From a bacterium (lineage in GTDB: Bacteria; Zhuqueibacterota; Zhuqueibacteria; Residuimicrobiales; Krinioviventaceae), in assembly GCA_963674595.2 (NCBI GenBank), contig CAXXFV010000016.1, positions 256,001 to 320,000 on the forward strand: a stretch of 64,000 nt of DNA, given 5' to 3'. The position numbers and the translations under genes are program-made. How positions within the stretch are numbered: the first letter of the stretch is position 1; each line of letters starts with the position of its first letter. The notes under the pieces were generated by a model, which worked only from the letters and a program-made list of their open reading frames with translations, made no database searches and was not told where the DNA came from. Below are positions 49,797-59,938 of this stretch, one piece after another.

Positions 49797-51380
49797 ATGT
49801 ATAAAAAACTTGTAATTTTACCCGTTTTAATTGCAATCTTGTATTTAATAGGATTTATTGGCAATGCATTTCTTTTTATTTTATTACTAAACGTTTCTTT
49901 TTTATATCTTTTATATTTTATTACAAGTGAAACATGGTCGTATTTAAAAACTAAAAGCCAGGCACAAAAGGCTGTCGTTTTTTTTCTGCTTTTTTCTCTA
50001 TTAGTGGGCTGGTCATCGAATCATTTTTTATTTCCCGACAAGTTTCACCCGATAAGTATCGCTGGAAATGCAGGGATTTTATTGTTTGCTTTATTTTTAG
50101 GGTGGGGTATATGGAAAAAAAGTAAAAAAAGTTTGGTGGTTACCGGTTCTGTTATCTTTGTATTATTTATATTTATTCTCACAGTTTGGAAGTCTGTCGG
50201 CCAACCACAGGAAAAAGCAGATCCGGGGCTTGCCATACAATCCATACCCTATTTGTCTTATGTTGTAAATGACAAACAAGCTGATAAAAGTGGTGTTATT
50301 AAAATTGATACAAACCGCGTTTGTGAAGGATTTAATGTTTATAATTCATTTCGAAAACCTGGAGCTTATTTGGTCGATATGACAGGTACCGTTTTACATA
50401 AATGGCTTCCTAAACAATCGCATCCGGATTGGTTTTATGTTACGATGGCCAAAAATGGTGATTTGTTAGTAGGAATCAGAGATATTGAGCTTTTGCGTCT
50501 TGATTGGGATTCGAATGTTATTTGGAGAAATGATATTCGTTGTCATCATGATATTGCCATAGCTGAAAATAATGATATTTATACATTGTCACGAAAAGAT
50601 AAAATATTTTTTATGTACGGTATTCCAGTGCCGATATTAAATGATTATCTTGTTATGTTATCGCCTGAAGGAAAAATAAAAAAAGAGTTTTCTTTATATA
50701 ATATACTGGAATATAGATTGTCTTTTGAAAATATAAAAAGCATATATTCATGGATGCTTAATCCATTGAACTGTATACAAATTATTAAAAACAAGTTTGA
50801 AACCGGTTTTGTTCTATATCATGATATACCGTTTGATGTATTTCACAATAATACGGTAACAATAGTTGACAAGGATGTGGACGGATTTTGTAAAAAGGGA
50901 AATATTCTTATCTCCAGCCGGGATATGAATACGGTGGGTATTGTGGACCTTGAAAGTGAAAAGTTGATATGGAGCTGGGGCCCAAGAATAATAAATAAAC
51001 AACACCATCCTACATTTTTGGAAAACGGTAATATTTTGATTTTTGATAACGGCCGGATAAAAAAACAGTCCAGAGTTATTGAACTTGATCCCATAAAAGA
51101 GGAAATCGTATGGGAATATAAAGACAATCCCCCGGAGCAATTTTTCACATCCTCCATGGGCGCCAGCCAGCGGTTGGAAAACGGCAATACTTTAATAACG
51201 GAAAGTGCTAAGGGACGTGTTATTGAGGTGACACCGGATAATGAAATTGTTTGGGAATTCCTGAATCCGGACAAAACAGAGGACGGTAAGAGAATTGTCA
51301 TTTATCGTATGCAGCGTATTACCGATCCTGAGAACTATCCGGTTTTGGAAGAATTTAACGATGTTGTGCCGGAAAAGTAA
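49797..51380 (+). CDS. Membrane-anchored ASST-like protein, copy 2 (tandem paralogue)
   Basis: Same motifs; colinear with copy 1. Confidence 0.78.
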   Translation: MYKKLVILPVLIAILYLIGFIGNAFLFILLLNVSFLYLLYFITSETWSYLKTKSQAQKAVVFFLLFSLLVGWSSNHFLFPDKFHPISIAGNAGILLFALFLGWGIWKKSKKSLVVTGSVIFVLFIFILTVWKSVGQPQEKADPGLAIQSIPYLSYVVNDKQADKSGVIKIDTNRVCEGFNVYNSFRKPGAYLVDMTGTVLHKWLPKQSHPDWFYVTMAKNGDLLVGIRDIELLRLDWDSNVIWRNDIRCHHDIAIAENNDIYTLSRKDKIFFMYGIPVPILNDYLVMLSPEGKIKKEFSLYNILEYRLSFENIKSIYSWMLNPLNCIQIIKNKFETGFVLYHDIPFDVFHNNTVTIVDKDVDGFCKKGNILISSRDMNTVGIVDLESEKLIWSWGPRIINKQHHPTFLENGNILIFDNGRIKKQSRVIELDPIKEEIVWEYKDNPPEQFFTSSMGASQRLENGNTLITESAKGRVIEVTPDNEIVWEFLNPDKTEDGKRIVIYRMQRITDPENYPVLEEFNDVVPEK

Positions 51381-51476
51381 AAATATATAAATCCAGTGAT
51401 TGTACAACGATTCATACCCTCTGGACAGGGCAACATGAGGGCTGGTTATTTATATTTACGAAAAACAAGTTTTTAT

Positions 51477-51517
51477 TTTTCTATGCCTGGAGATGGGGAT
51501 TCCCCGGGCATAGAAAA
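51477..51517. repeat. Hairpin between convergent genes
   Basis: TTTTCTATGCCTGG...CCGGGCATAGAAAA; possible terminator or 3' stabiliser. Confidence 0.6.
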
Positions 51518-51529
51518 TGTCTTTTAATT

Positions 51530-52009
51530 TTATTTCATTTTTATATTTTCATAAACTTTAAATTGATCAAGCATATTTTCCATGCTTCCTTTATCCATTT
51601 TGGGATAAGCCATGATTTGAAATGTCGCTTTATAATCGGGTATTTTTACTCGAATAAAGGACATGGATAAATTCGGGGAGCCCAGGTAAACAGTTTCATA
51701 ATTTTCTCTCATATAGGAGGTTACATTTTTAAAGTTATTGTCTGTTTTGTAATCATTAAAATTTTTTTCAGGGCTTAGGCTGATATTCAACATGCCGCTA
51801 TTACAACTGAATATGGCTTTATACTTCCTGTCTTGGACTGTTTGATCTTGTGCCTCATTTTCAATGCCCGCGCAGTTGTAATTTTTTAGTGATAGGGAAT
51901 TCATCCAATTGGTGAATTTTTCAAATGAATAAAGTGCGGTAAAATCCTGTGCATATACAGAAGCGAAACAGCAAACAAACACAAGAAGGAATGGGATGAT
52001 TTTTTTCAC
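51530..52009 (-). CDS. Hypothetical secreted protein
   Basis: GTG52009 follows AAGGA; signal peptide ending ASVYA-Q. Confidence 0.6.
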   Translation of the reverse strand: MKKIIPFLLVFVCCFASVYAQDFTALYSFEKFTNWMNSLSLKNYNCAGIENEAQDQTVQDRKYKAIFSCNSGMLNISLSPEKNFNDYKTDNNFKNVTSYMRENYETVYLGSPNLSMSFIRVKIPDYKATFQIMAYPKMDKGSMENMLDQFKVYENIKMK

Positions 52010-52202
52010 GATATAATCCTTTCTGTAATTTAAAATGAAAATCCTCAAATACATCGATTTCGTTATTAGCCCTAGTATATTAATTCGTATAAGAGGATTA
52101 ATTGCTTCAAAGTGATGGGGTATTGATTTACTGAAAAACTGGTTTTTAATAAACCATCTTTTGTTTTGGCTGGTCCTTCGGCTCCATCACCTTGGGAGGA
52201 TC

Positions 52203-52231
52203 AATATAAGAATTAAGCCCCAGTATGTCAA
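52203..52231 (-). promoter_or_regulatory. Near-consensus sigma70 promoter
   Basis: TTGACA-17 nt-TATATT. Confidence 0.7.
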
Positions 52232-52338
52232 ATAGTCCTTATGGTTGGTACATATAAAGGCATTTTTTTTACCCCTTTTACTTAGAAGAAATTCCAGGCG
52301 ATCAGGAATTTCGCTGTCAGGCATAGGGCCGGATTTTT

Positions 52339-53708
52339 TTATTCATGCTGTATGGTTTCTATGGGATTGCTCATCGCGGCCATCAATGTTTTTGAACAAG
52401 CCACAGTTCCCACAATAATCAACACCACTAAACTTCCCGGAAATAAATCACCCGGATTCAAGTCTACACGATAGGCAAAGTTTTTCAAAAAACCGCTGAC
52501 AATAAAATAGCTTGCCGGTAAAGCTATAAGATTTGCGATGATGAACAGCAACATGAATTCGCGGTTAAGAATATTGAGAATTTGACCGACCGATGCACCG
52601 AGTATTTTTCGAAGGTGTTAAAAGTTGGTAAAAACAGGTTCGTCAGCAGCAAACCGATAATAAAGGCAAGGCCGCTAATTAAAGCCGATTCAAACCAAAA
52701 TTGTTTAACAAGCTGCGAGCGCTGTGCACCCAACACTTTGCGTATGCCGACCTCTGTAAATCGGCCTGAAGAACCTCCAACTGTCAGGGTGATAAAATTA
52801 AAACAAGCCATTAATAATATGAGAGTGGCGATAATGGTTAGTATGTATAAATATTTTCGATTGTTAACGGGCTGCAAACCGGAACTGCCGGTTTCGTCAC
52901 CAAGATGATAGTCACTGAGCGGCTGAAATTTTAGTCCCTTTTGCGGCGTATCAAAATATCCGGCTGTTAAATCGATTTGCATGTGTTTTGCAAAAAACGG
53001 TCCCAGTTTTTGTGCAAGGTCATCGATTCGGCAGTTTTCAGATAAACGAATAAAACCGGTTATAAAGTATTTACCCCAATCGTTAAAAGCTGCTGCATGT
53101 TGACCGTGTTTTAGGTTTTCAAAGGGGAGGAGGATTGAAAACTGAATGCTGGAATTATCCTGAAGTAGCCCGGTAATCCCGCGAATGATGTACGATTGTG
53201 CGTGCGTTCTGTGGTTTAAGGTAATTGTTTTACCGATCGGGTCCTCATCTCCAAAATATTTATTGGCTGTTTCTTTGCTCAATACAACGGAAAAACGCTC
53301 TGTTAAAACCTGGTTTGGGTTGCCTTTGGTTAGGGGGAAATGAAACATTTTAAAAAAGTCCGGGTCCGCATAGGTGAGCTTTGTTTCAAAAGAGTTTCCA
53401 TCGACGTTGACAACTCCGTCATCAGAGTATATTCGAACAGCTTGCTCAATTTCAGGGTATGCTTTTGTCAGTTCCGGAAGGAGGGGAACGGATAAACTCG
53501 GAACATCGATAGTTAAAACATCCGGCAGAACGCGATAAATGAATTGGGATTTATGATGAAATTTGTCAAAAGAAAGTTCGTGCTTTAGAAAGAACAAAAT
53601 GAGTGTACAACAGGCAATGCCTATTCCGAGTCCAAAGATATTAATACCGGAATGTATCTTGTTTTTGAATATACTCCTAAAGGCGATTTTAATGTAATTC
53701 GTAATCAT
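52339..53708 (-). pseudogene. MacB/FtsX-type ABC permease with out-of-frame internal deletion
   Basis: N-half (INIFGLGIG..ADPDFF..EVGIRKVLGA..FLPTFN) jumps at about 52612 into the final FtsX segment RKILGAS...NPIETIQHE in another frame. Confidence 0.82.
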
Positions 53709-53932
53709 TCAGGAATCTCCGTTGACAGTCTATAAAATGTAAATAATCTGGAGTTTATATCTCAAGAGAGAGTTACATAAGGGATGGTTATTGTTCTCTT
53801 TTTTAGAATACCACACCTTGATTTTACTATATCCATTGGGAGAAACCTCCAGGACGATTACATTTTTTTATGCCCATATTAAGAACAATCGATTTGAATT
53901 ATAAACAATGTACGCCAAAGCTACCTTTGTAA

Positions 53933-55120
53933 TTATGATGAAATTGAACTCAAACTTTTACGAAGAACAAAATAACCAGTAATGCCCGAAGCTAATGATC
54001 CCAATATTATACCTAGTCTTTCATCAAATAAAAGATTTACCCCTGTCTCTTCAAATGCGAGCGAACCGATAAAAAGGCTCATCGTAAATCCCACTCCACA
54101 TAACGCTGCCGCACCATATAATGACCCCCAGGACATCCCATTGGGTAAATTAGTGGCTTTTATTTTTATAGCAATCGAACAGAATCCTAAAATTCCAATT
54201 TGCTTACCCAGAAACAACCCCAGCGCAATGCCTAAAGGCACATTATGAAAGATTTCTTGTACACCTAAACCAACGACTTTTATTCCGGCATTAGCAAATG
54301 CAAAAATGGGTAATATAACATATGCTACTACTGAATGTAAATCGTGTTCCATGCTTTTTAACGGAGAATAGTCATTTTTAGTTTTTGACTTGATTGGAAT
54401 AAACATTGCCAGCATCACTCCAGCCAGGGTGGCATGAACTCCCGATTTCAACATAGCAACCCACATTACAATTCCGATTGTTATATATACACTTTTTGAT
54501 TCGATGTTTTGTCTGTTTATTAAGAATAAGACTGGAATACAGCATACAACAACTAAAAGTGCAATGCTGGATATTTTTTCGGTATAAAAAATGGCGATAA
54601 TGATTATTGCGCCTATATCATCAAAAATCGCCAAAGATGTCAGGAATACTTTAATACTTGTAGGAACTTTTGATCCCAATAAGGACAATATGCCCAGAGC
54701 AAATGCAATGTCTGTTGCTGCCGGTATGGCCCAACCTTTCATCGCCGTCGCATCACCAGCGTTGAAATAGATATAAATGAGTGCAGGAATTAGCATCCCG
54801 CCTATCGCACCAACACCGGGAAGGATTATGTTTCTTTTGTTCGATAATTCACCTTCAATCATTTCTCGTTTTAACTCAAGGCCTATGAGAAAAAAGAATA
54901 CGGCCATCAGGCCATCATTAATCCACAATATCAACGGTTTTGCAATTTCCAAGGCGCCTAGTTGAATTTGAACAGGTGTTTCTATTAAAAGAGCATAATA
55001 TGCTTGCAGAGGGGTATTCGCCAGTACTAAAGCTGTTAACATGGCCATCATAAGTAAAATACCACCGGACGATTCCAGTTTTAAAAATTTTGTTATAAAT
55101 GTTTCTTTAGACTTGTCCAT
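53933..55120 (-). CDS. nhaA: Na+/H+ antiporter NhaA
   Basis: WINDGLM, ATDIAF, AIFDD, SGVHAT, FAFANAG, GFTMSLFI. Confidence 0.95.
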   Translation of the reverse strand: MDKSKETFITKFLKLESSGGILLMMAMLTALVLANTPLQAYYALLIETPVQIQLGALEIAKPLILWINDGLMAVFFFLIGLELKREMIEGELSNKRNIILPGVGAIGGMLIPALIYIYFNAGDATAMKGWAIPAATDIAFALGILSLLGSKVPTSIKVFLTSLAIFDDIGAIIIIAIFYTEKISSIALLVVVCCIPVLFLINRQNIESKSVYITIGIVMWVAMLKSGVHATLAGVMLAMFIPIKSKTKNDYSPLKSMEHDLHSVVAYVILPIFAFANAGIKVVGLGVQEIFHNVPLGIALGLFLGKQIGILGFCSIAIKIKATNLPNGMSWGSLYGAAALCGVGFTMSLFIGSLAFEETGVNLLFDERLGIILGSLASGITGYFVLRKSLSSISS

Positions 55121-55172
55121 TTTACCCTCTACTTTTTTAAACCGAGATTGATTTTAAAATGTGAACTGCCTG

Positions 55173-55919
55173 TTAAAAATGTAAAATCGCTCCAACGGAT
55201 GCATAATGAATCAATGCAAAGTTATACACGGTGTCATTATCGGCGCCGCCTTCTAGTATTCTGTATCCGGCTTTAATATCTATTTTATCGGAAATATTAA
55301 AAATTAATGCGGTGAGAACATCTTCAGCGCGGCCTTGTGGTGCGGCGAGGGCATCACCGTCCACCCATAATGCAAATTTATTAGTAAACTTTAATAACAG
55401 TCTAAAATGAATTATCGGTACAAAACCGATATTCGTTTTTTCAGTTTCTAAACCATTTCCTTTGACGGCAATTTTGGCATCGCGAATTTTGGCGGTAAAA
55501 CCTATTCCCATATTAATTTTTTCTTTACGCAGAAAGTCGTATCTGTAAAATACTCGATAGGAATTGAACATGTATGTCGTTTTCAATGGTGACTTGGCCG
55601 GAAATGTTTCTCCATTGAAAAATAGGTCACGGTATAGCTGTCCGGTTGACTGAATGGACAATGGTGCAAAGAGGCCGCCAAAATGATGACGATTATTAAA
55701 ATTATAGATTATTCTAATTCGGTAGAAAATGCCTGGGTCAGCATCAAGCTCCTCTGAAAGAGAAAATAAAGTTCCCTTGTCCCCGGGAATTCGAACATCG
55801 TTATAGCCACTATTAATAACGCCTGTTTCAATGTCAATATCAATTTGTGAAAAGGCTTTCAGGGACTGTAATAAAAGAATGACTGATAACACAAGTGAAA
55901 AGATGATGTTTTTTTTCAT
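55173..55919 (-). CDS. Hypothetical outer-membrane beta-barrel protein
   Basis: Signal peptide, alternating beta strands, terminal Phe. Confidence 0.6.
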   Translation of the reverse strand: MKKNIIFSLVLSVILLLQSLKAFSQIDIDIETGVINSGYNDVRIPGDKGTLFSLSEELDADPGIFYRIRIIYNFNNRHHFGGLFAPLSIQSTGQLYRDLFFNGETFPAKSPLKTTYMFNSYRVFYRYDFLRKEKINMGIGFTAKIRDAKIAVKGNGLETEKTNIGFVPIIHFRLLLKFTNKFALWVDGDALAAPQGRAEDVLTALIFNISDKIDIKAGYRILEGGADNDTVYNFALIHYASVGAILHF

Positions 55920-56049
55920 ATCGTTCTCCTTATATCTATCAATTGAATATTACGTATTCTGTTAATTGGGCGCAAGGGATTTTTCTATAAATTTTATAAT
56001 GAAATAAATCTTATTGGTAATCCCCTTGTCAGATTGTAAAAAGCACAAT

Positions 56050-56769
56050 TTACCCCTGAAACATGTCCGTCATTTTTTCATAAAAGAGCTGTGTGATTTC
56101 TTTGGAGGAAAGGTGTTGAATGGTGTGCCAGGAAACAGGGGCGCCGAATTGCAGCGTCATTTTCCCGGGTTTGATTAATAAACTGCCTTTACGGTTTATG
56201 TTATAAGCGCCTGTCATAATAATGGGGACAATATCCACCTCGGCTTTTTGGGCCAGGGTAAAAGACCCGCGTTTAAAAGGTTTTATATCGCCGTCCAAAG
56301 TTCTGCCTCCCTCGGGGAGGATCAGTACGGACGTGCCGTTATCGATTTTGCTTTTGGCATTGTGCAGGCTTTTTACCGCGTTACGGGCATTGGTACGGCT
56401 GATGGGGATCATACCCAGGCGGCGGATCAACGGACCGTAAATGGGCCAGTTAAAATGTTCATCAAGTTCCACGCCGCGTACAAAATTGGGGATCATGCCG
56501 TAAAGAACAAATCCGTCAAAAAGATTAACATGGTTGGACAGGAACAGGTAGGTGTTTTCCTTTTTAATGTGGTCCAAACCTTTTACATCAATTTTTATAA
56601 AAAGGGCCCGTATCAGTAGCCGGCACCAGGCTTTGATAAACGGATCAAATTTTTTCGGATTTATAAGAAATGTCAACAGAATGGTGACAAATACACTGGG
56701 CAGAAAAACACATAATCCACTTGTCCATAAAAATATGGAAATCAAATTTTCTTTTAATCTTTTCATCAT
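56050..56769 (-). CDS. plsC: 1-acyl-glycerol-3-phosphate acyltransferase family
   Basis: NHVNLFD (HX4D), LPEGGRT, FKRG. Confidence 0.85.
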   Translation of the reverse strand: MMKRLKENLISIFLWTSGLCVFLPSVFVTILLTFLINPKKFDPFIKAWCRLLIRALFIKIDVKGLDHIKKENTYLFLSNHVNLFDGFVLYGMIPNFVRGVELDEHFNWPIYGPLIRRLGMIPISRTNARNAVKSLHNAKSKIDNGTSVLILPEGGRTLDGDIKPFKRGSFTLAQKAEVDIVPIIMTGAYNINRKGSLLIKPGKMTLQFGAPVSWHTIQHLSSKEITQLFYEKMTDMFQG

Positions 56770-57653
56770 TTATCAAATATTTTAATTTTTTGTGGAAGAA
56801 CAGAGACTGTTATAGGGGTTTGGCCTGTAAATTCACCGTCCGGCGTTAATATTTTGGCTTCGCCGGGACGAAAAACGAATTCTTTGCCTGTGAATGTTTC
56901 GGCTTGGGGCATGGTTAAATGGGTGCCTTTAAAAATTTTCGGCAACGCTGATAAAAGACCGGTGCGGGAAATTTTGTTTAATAAAACCACATCCAGCAGG
57001 CCGTCATCAATTTTTGCCTGAGGGGCCATAATCATATCGCCGCCGGTTTTAGTCGAGTTGCTTATTTCAACAAAAATATTATCACGCTTGTAGGGAATAC
57101 CATCGATTTCAAATTCGAGCTGAAAAGATTTTAAATTTGCTGTTATAATAAAAACAGCAATAACATAGCTCAAAGCGCCCCATCTTTTATACTGTGATGC
57201 TTTTTTGGCAACGTCCGAAACAAAACCGAAACCGAGGATGTTGATAAAATAAAAAGAGCGGTCAGGACAAACACATTTCCCCAGGTCAACCTGTCGTGTT
57301 TTGCCGTTTATAATGTTATGAACGGCGTCATCCAGAGATTCAATGCTTAAATCTTTTGAAAAAGAGTTGCCGGTCCCAACGGGAACAACGCCTAACGGCA
57401 CCGGAAGATTATCGTTTCCGCGCATCATGCCGTTTATAACTTCAAATAATGTTCCGTCACCTCCCAGGGCGACAATACCATCCCACGGACGATTTACTTC
57501 CTGTTGAGCAATTTCGGTTAAATGACCGGCATATTCTGAATATCGGCATTCAACTTTAATGTCTTTTTCTTTAAAAGCTTTCAGCGCTTTTTCGGCGACA
57601 ATTTTTCCCTTTTTTCTTCCGGCAAGCGGATTTACAAGTAAAAGCAATTTCAT
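56766..57653 (-). CDS. Diacylglycerol kinase family (YegS/BmrU) lipid kinase
   Basis: NPLAG, GGDGT, PVGTGN, DDGLLD, DGE. Confidence 0.9.
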   Translation of the reverse strand: MKLLLLVNPLAGRKKGKIVAEKALKAFKEKDIKVECRYSEYAGHLTEIAQQEVNRPWDGIVALGGDGTLFEVINGMMRGNDNLPVPLGVVPVGTGNSFSKDLSIESLDDAVHNIINGKTRQVDLGKCVCPDRSFYFINILGFGFVSDVAKKASQYKRWGALSYVIAVFIITANLKSFQLEFEIDGIPYKRDNIFVEISNSTKTGGDMIMAPQAKIDDGLLDVVLLNKISRTGLLSALPKIFKGTHLTMPQAETFTGKEFVFRPGEAKILTPDGEFTGQTPITVSVLPQKIKIFDK

Positions 57654-57984
57654 GATGAACTCGGTTTTTTGTGAATGGATTAAAAGGCCGGTTAAAGGTT
57701 GAATTTAATGACTGACACAGGCGGCATATCTTAAGTTTAAAAAAATTACATGATTTTGAATCAATAATAATAGAATAAAAAAGTCAAAAACACAAGTAGA
57801 AATCAAAAAAAATATGATTCTATTTTTTAAAATTGTGTGGAATATTGGTTAGGATTTTTTATTATTTCCAAACAATATATTTTTAAAGTCGAAAATTCTT
57901 GGCTTTTACAGGATAAATGCCTAAATTGCCTTAATTTTTAAAATTATAATTATTATGTATTGGTATTTTAAGGAAACGTAAATT

Positions 57985-59427
57985 ATGAATCGAAAAGGAT
58001 TTCTGTTGTCTGCAGCGCTAATGCTGACTTTATCAGTAGCTGCTTTCGCCGGTGAGCATGGTGGCGCTCATCACAGCGGTCCAAATTTAGGTGAGATATT
58101 ACCTTTGTGGAGTGTTATTCCCTTTGTTGGTATTTTATTGTCAATTGCTCTTTTTCCTTTGTTTGCAGAGAAATTCTGGCACCATCATTTTGGAAAGATC
58201 TCCGCTTTTTGGGCTTTACTTTTTGCTATCCCCTTTGTTATTGCCTATGGACATTCGGCCCTTTATGAAATATTTCATATCTATTTGATTGACTATATTC
58301 CATTTATTGTTTTGCTATGGGCCTTGTTCACAGTTTCCGGTGGAATTCTCGTTAAAGGAACATTAAAAGGAAAACCGGTAACAAACCTTGTCATTTTGAT
58401 TATTGGAACTGTCATTGCTTCATGGATTGGAACAACTGGTGCTTCCATGGTATTAATTCGTCCTATTTTGCGTGCTAATTCGGGACGTAAGAATAAAATG
58501 CATATTGTCATCTTTTTTATTTTCCTCGTTAGTAATATCGGTGGTTCACTGACGCCTTTGGGTGACCCGCCATTGTTTTTAGGCTTTTTGCACAGCGTGC
58601 CTTTTTTCTGGACTTTTCACCTTTTCAGTGAAATGCTTTTTGTTGTTGTTATTCTCTTGGGATTGTTCTTTTTACTGGATACCATTTTATATAATAAAGA
58701 CAAAAAGGCCGGTAATATTGAGGAAGATAATTCCGAAGTTATGCCGATTCGCATTGAGGGATTGCACAATTTGCTCTTTTTACTTGGTATAATCGGTGGT
58801 GTTTTAATGAGCGGTTTGATCCACATGGGTTCTGTAACGGTTCTTGGTGTACACATGGAAATTCAAAATATTTTACGTGATGTTATTTTAATATCAATGG
58901 GACTTTTATCTCTTAAAACAACCCGAAAAGATATCCGGGAAGGTAATGAATTTACCTGGTTTCCAATTCAGGAGGTTGCCTATCTTTTTGCCGGTATTTT
59001 TATGTGTATTATTCCTGCGCTTGCCATGTTAAAGGCAGGATCGCACGGTGCGCTGGCTTTTATCATCGAAGCTGTAAAACAACCCTGGCATTACTTTTGG
59101 ATCACCGGTTCATTATCAAGTTTCCTGGATAATGCCCCAACCTATTTAACATTCTTAAATACGTCTCTTGGTAATTTTTATGCCGGTTTACCTGAAAAAG
59201 AAGCAGTTGCCAAACTTATTGCTGAGAATGCAATATACCTGAAAGCAATTTCAACCGGTGCAGTATTTATGGGAGCAAATACATATATTGGAAATGCACC
59301 CAATTTTATGGTTCGTTCCATTGCTGAAGAATCCGGCTTAAAAATGCCGAGTTTCTTTGGCTATATGTTATGGTCTGTTTTGATTCTTATTCCGGTCTTT
59401 TTGCTTGTTACTTTAGTGTTCTTTTAG
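57985..59427 (+). CDS. IT-superfamily Na+/H+ antiporter or citrate-type transporter
   Basis: GTTGASM, SNIGGSLTPLGDPPLF, SSFLDNAPTY, YIGNAPNFM. Confidence 0.82.
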   Translation: MNRKGFLLSAALMLTLSVAAFAGEHGGAHHSGPNLGEILPLWSVIPFVGILLSIALFPLFAEKFWHHHFGKISAFWALLFAIPFVIAYGHSALYEIFHIYLIDYIPFIVLLWALFTVSGGILVKGTLKGKPVTNLVILIIGTVIASWIGTTGASMVLIRPILRANSGRKNKMHIVIFFIFLVSNIGGSLTPLGDPPLFLGFLHSVPFFWTFHLFSEMLFVVVILLGLFFLLDTILYNKDKKAGNIEEDNSEVMPIRIEGLHNLLFLLGIIGGVLMSGLIHMGSVTVLGVHMEIQNILRDVILISMGLLSLKTTRKDIREGNEFTWFPIQEVAYLFAGIFMCIIPALAMLKAGSHGALAFIIEAVKQPWHYFWITGSLSSFLDNAPTYLTFLNTSLGNFYAGLPEKEAVAKLIAENAIYLKAISTGAVFMGANTYIGNAPNFMVRSIAEESGLKMPSFFGYMLWSVLILIPVFLLVTLVFF

Positions 59428-59441
59428 ATTGTAGAATAAAT

Positions 59442-59475
59442 AAAAAACCCCGATCATTTGACCGGGGTTTTTTTT
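59442..59475. terminator. Bidirectional intrinsic terminator
   Basis: AAAAAACCCCG...CGGGGTTTTTT between convergent genes. Confidence 0.85.
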
Positions 59476-59488
59476 ATTTATCAGAAAT

Positions 59489-59938
59489 CTATAAATATCG
59501 GATCAGTGAAACTTCATCACAATCGGGAAACTTGGGGCAATGTAAACAGTCTTTCCATACTTTATGGGGCAGGTCTTTTTTATCAATATCATCAAATTCT
59601 AATTTTTTAAAAAATTCAGGTTTATAGGTCAATGTAAAAACTTTGGGTAGTTCCAGGTCTCTGGCATCCTGAATTAAAAATTCGACAATATTTCGTCCCA
59701 GTCCTTTGCCTACAAAATCCGGTGCAATGGCAAGCGACCGAATTTCGGCAATGTCATCCCACACCACATGAAGAGCACCGCAGCCAATGATCTTTTCTTC
59801 ATTTTTTATAACAATATAGTCCCTTAATGAATTGTAAACATCTGCCTGAGAGCGCCCCAGCATTTCACCTTTGGCGGCGTAAAAATTTACCAATTTAACG
59901 ATTTCAGGGACATCTTTAATTTTTGCTCGATTTATCAT
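59489..59938 (-). CDS. argA: Short GNAT-type amino-acid N-acetyltransferase
   Basis: AEIRSLA, GKGLG, VFTLTY, LPHKVWKDCLHCPKFPDCDE; last gene of the arg operon. Confidence 0.8.
   Translation of the reverse strand: MINRAKIKDVPEIVKLVNFYAAKGEMLGRSQADVYNSLRDYIVIKNEEKIIGCGALHVVWDDIAEIRSLAIAPDFVGKGLGRNIVEFLIQDARDLELPKVFTLTYKPEFFKKLEFDDIDKKDLPHKVWKDCLHCPKFPDCDEVSLIRYL

Noticed and set aside
52176-52192. GGTGATGGAG (minus strand) resembles a fluoride riboswitch start
   Set aside because: No TTCRCC pairing partner or 3' pseudoknot segment, and the downstream gene is unrelated to fluoride
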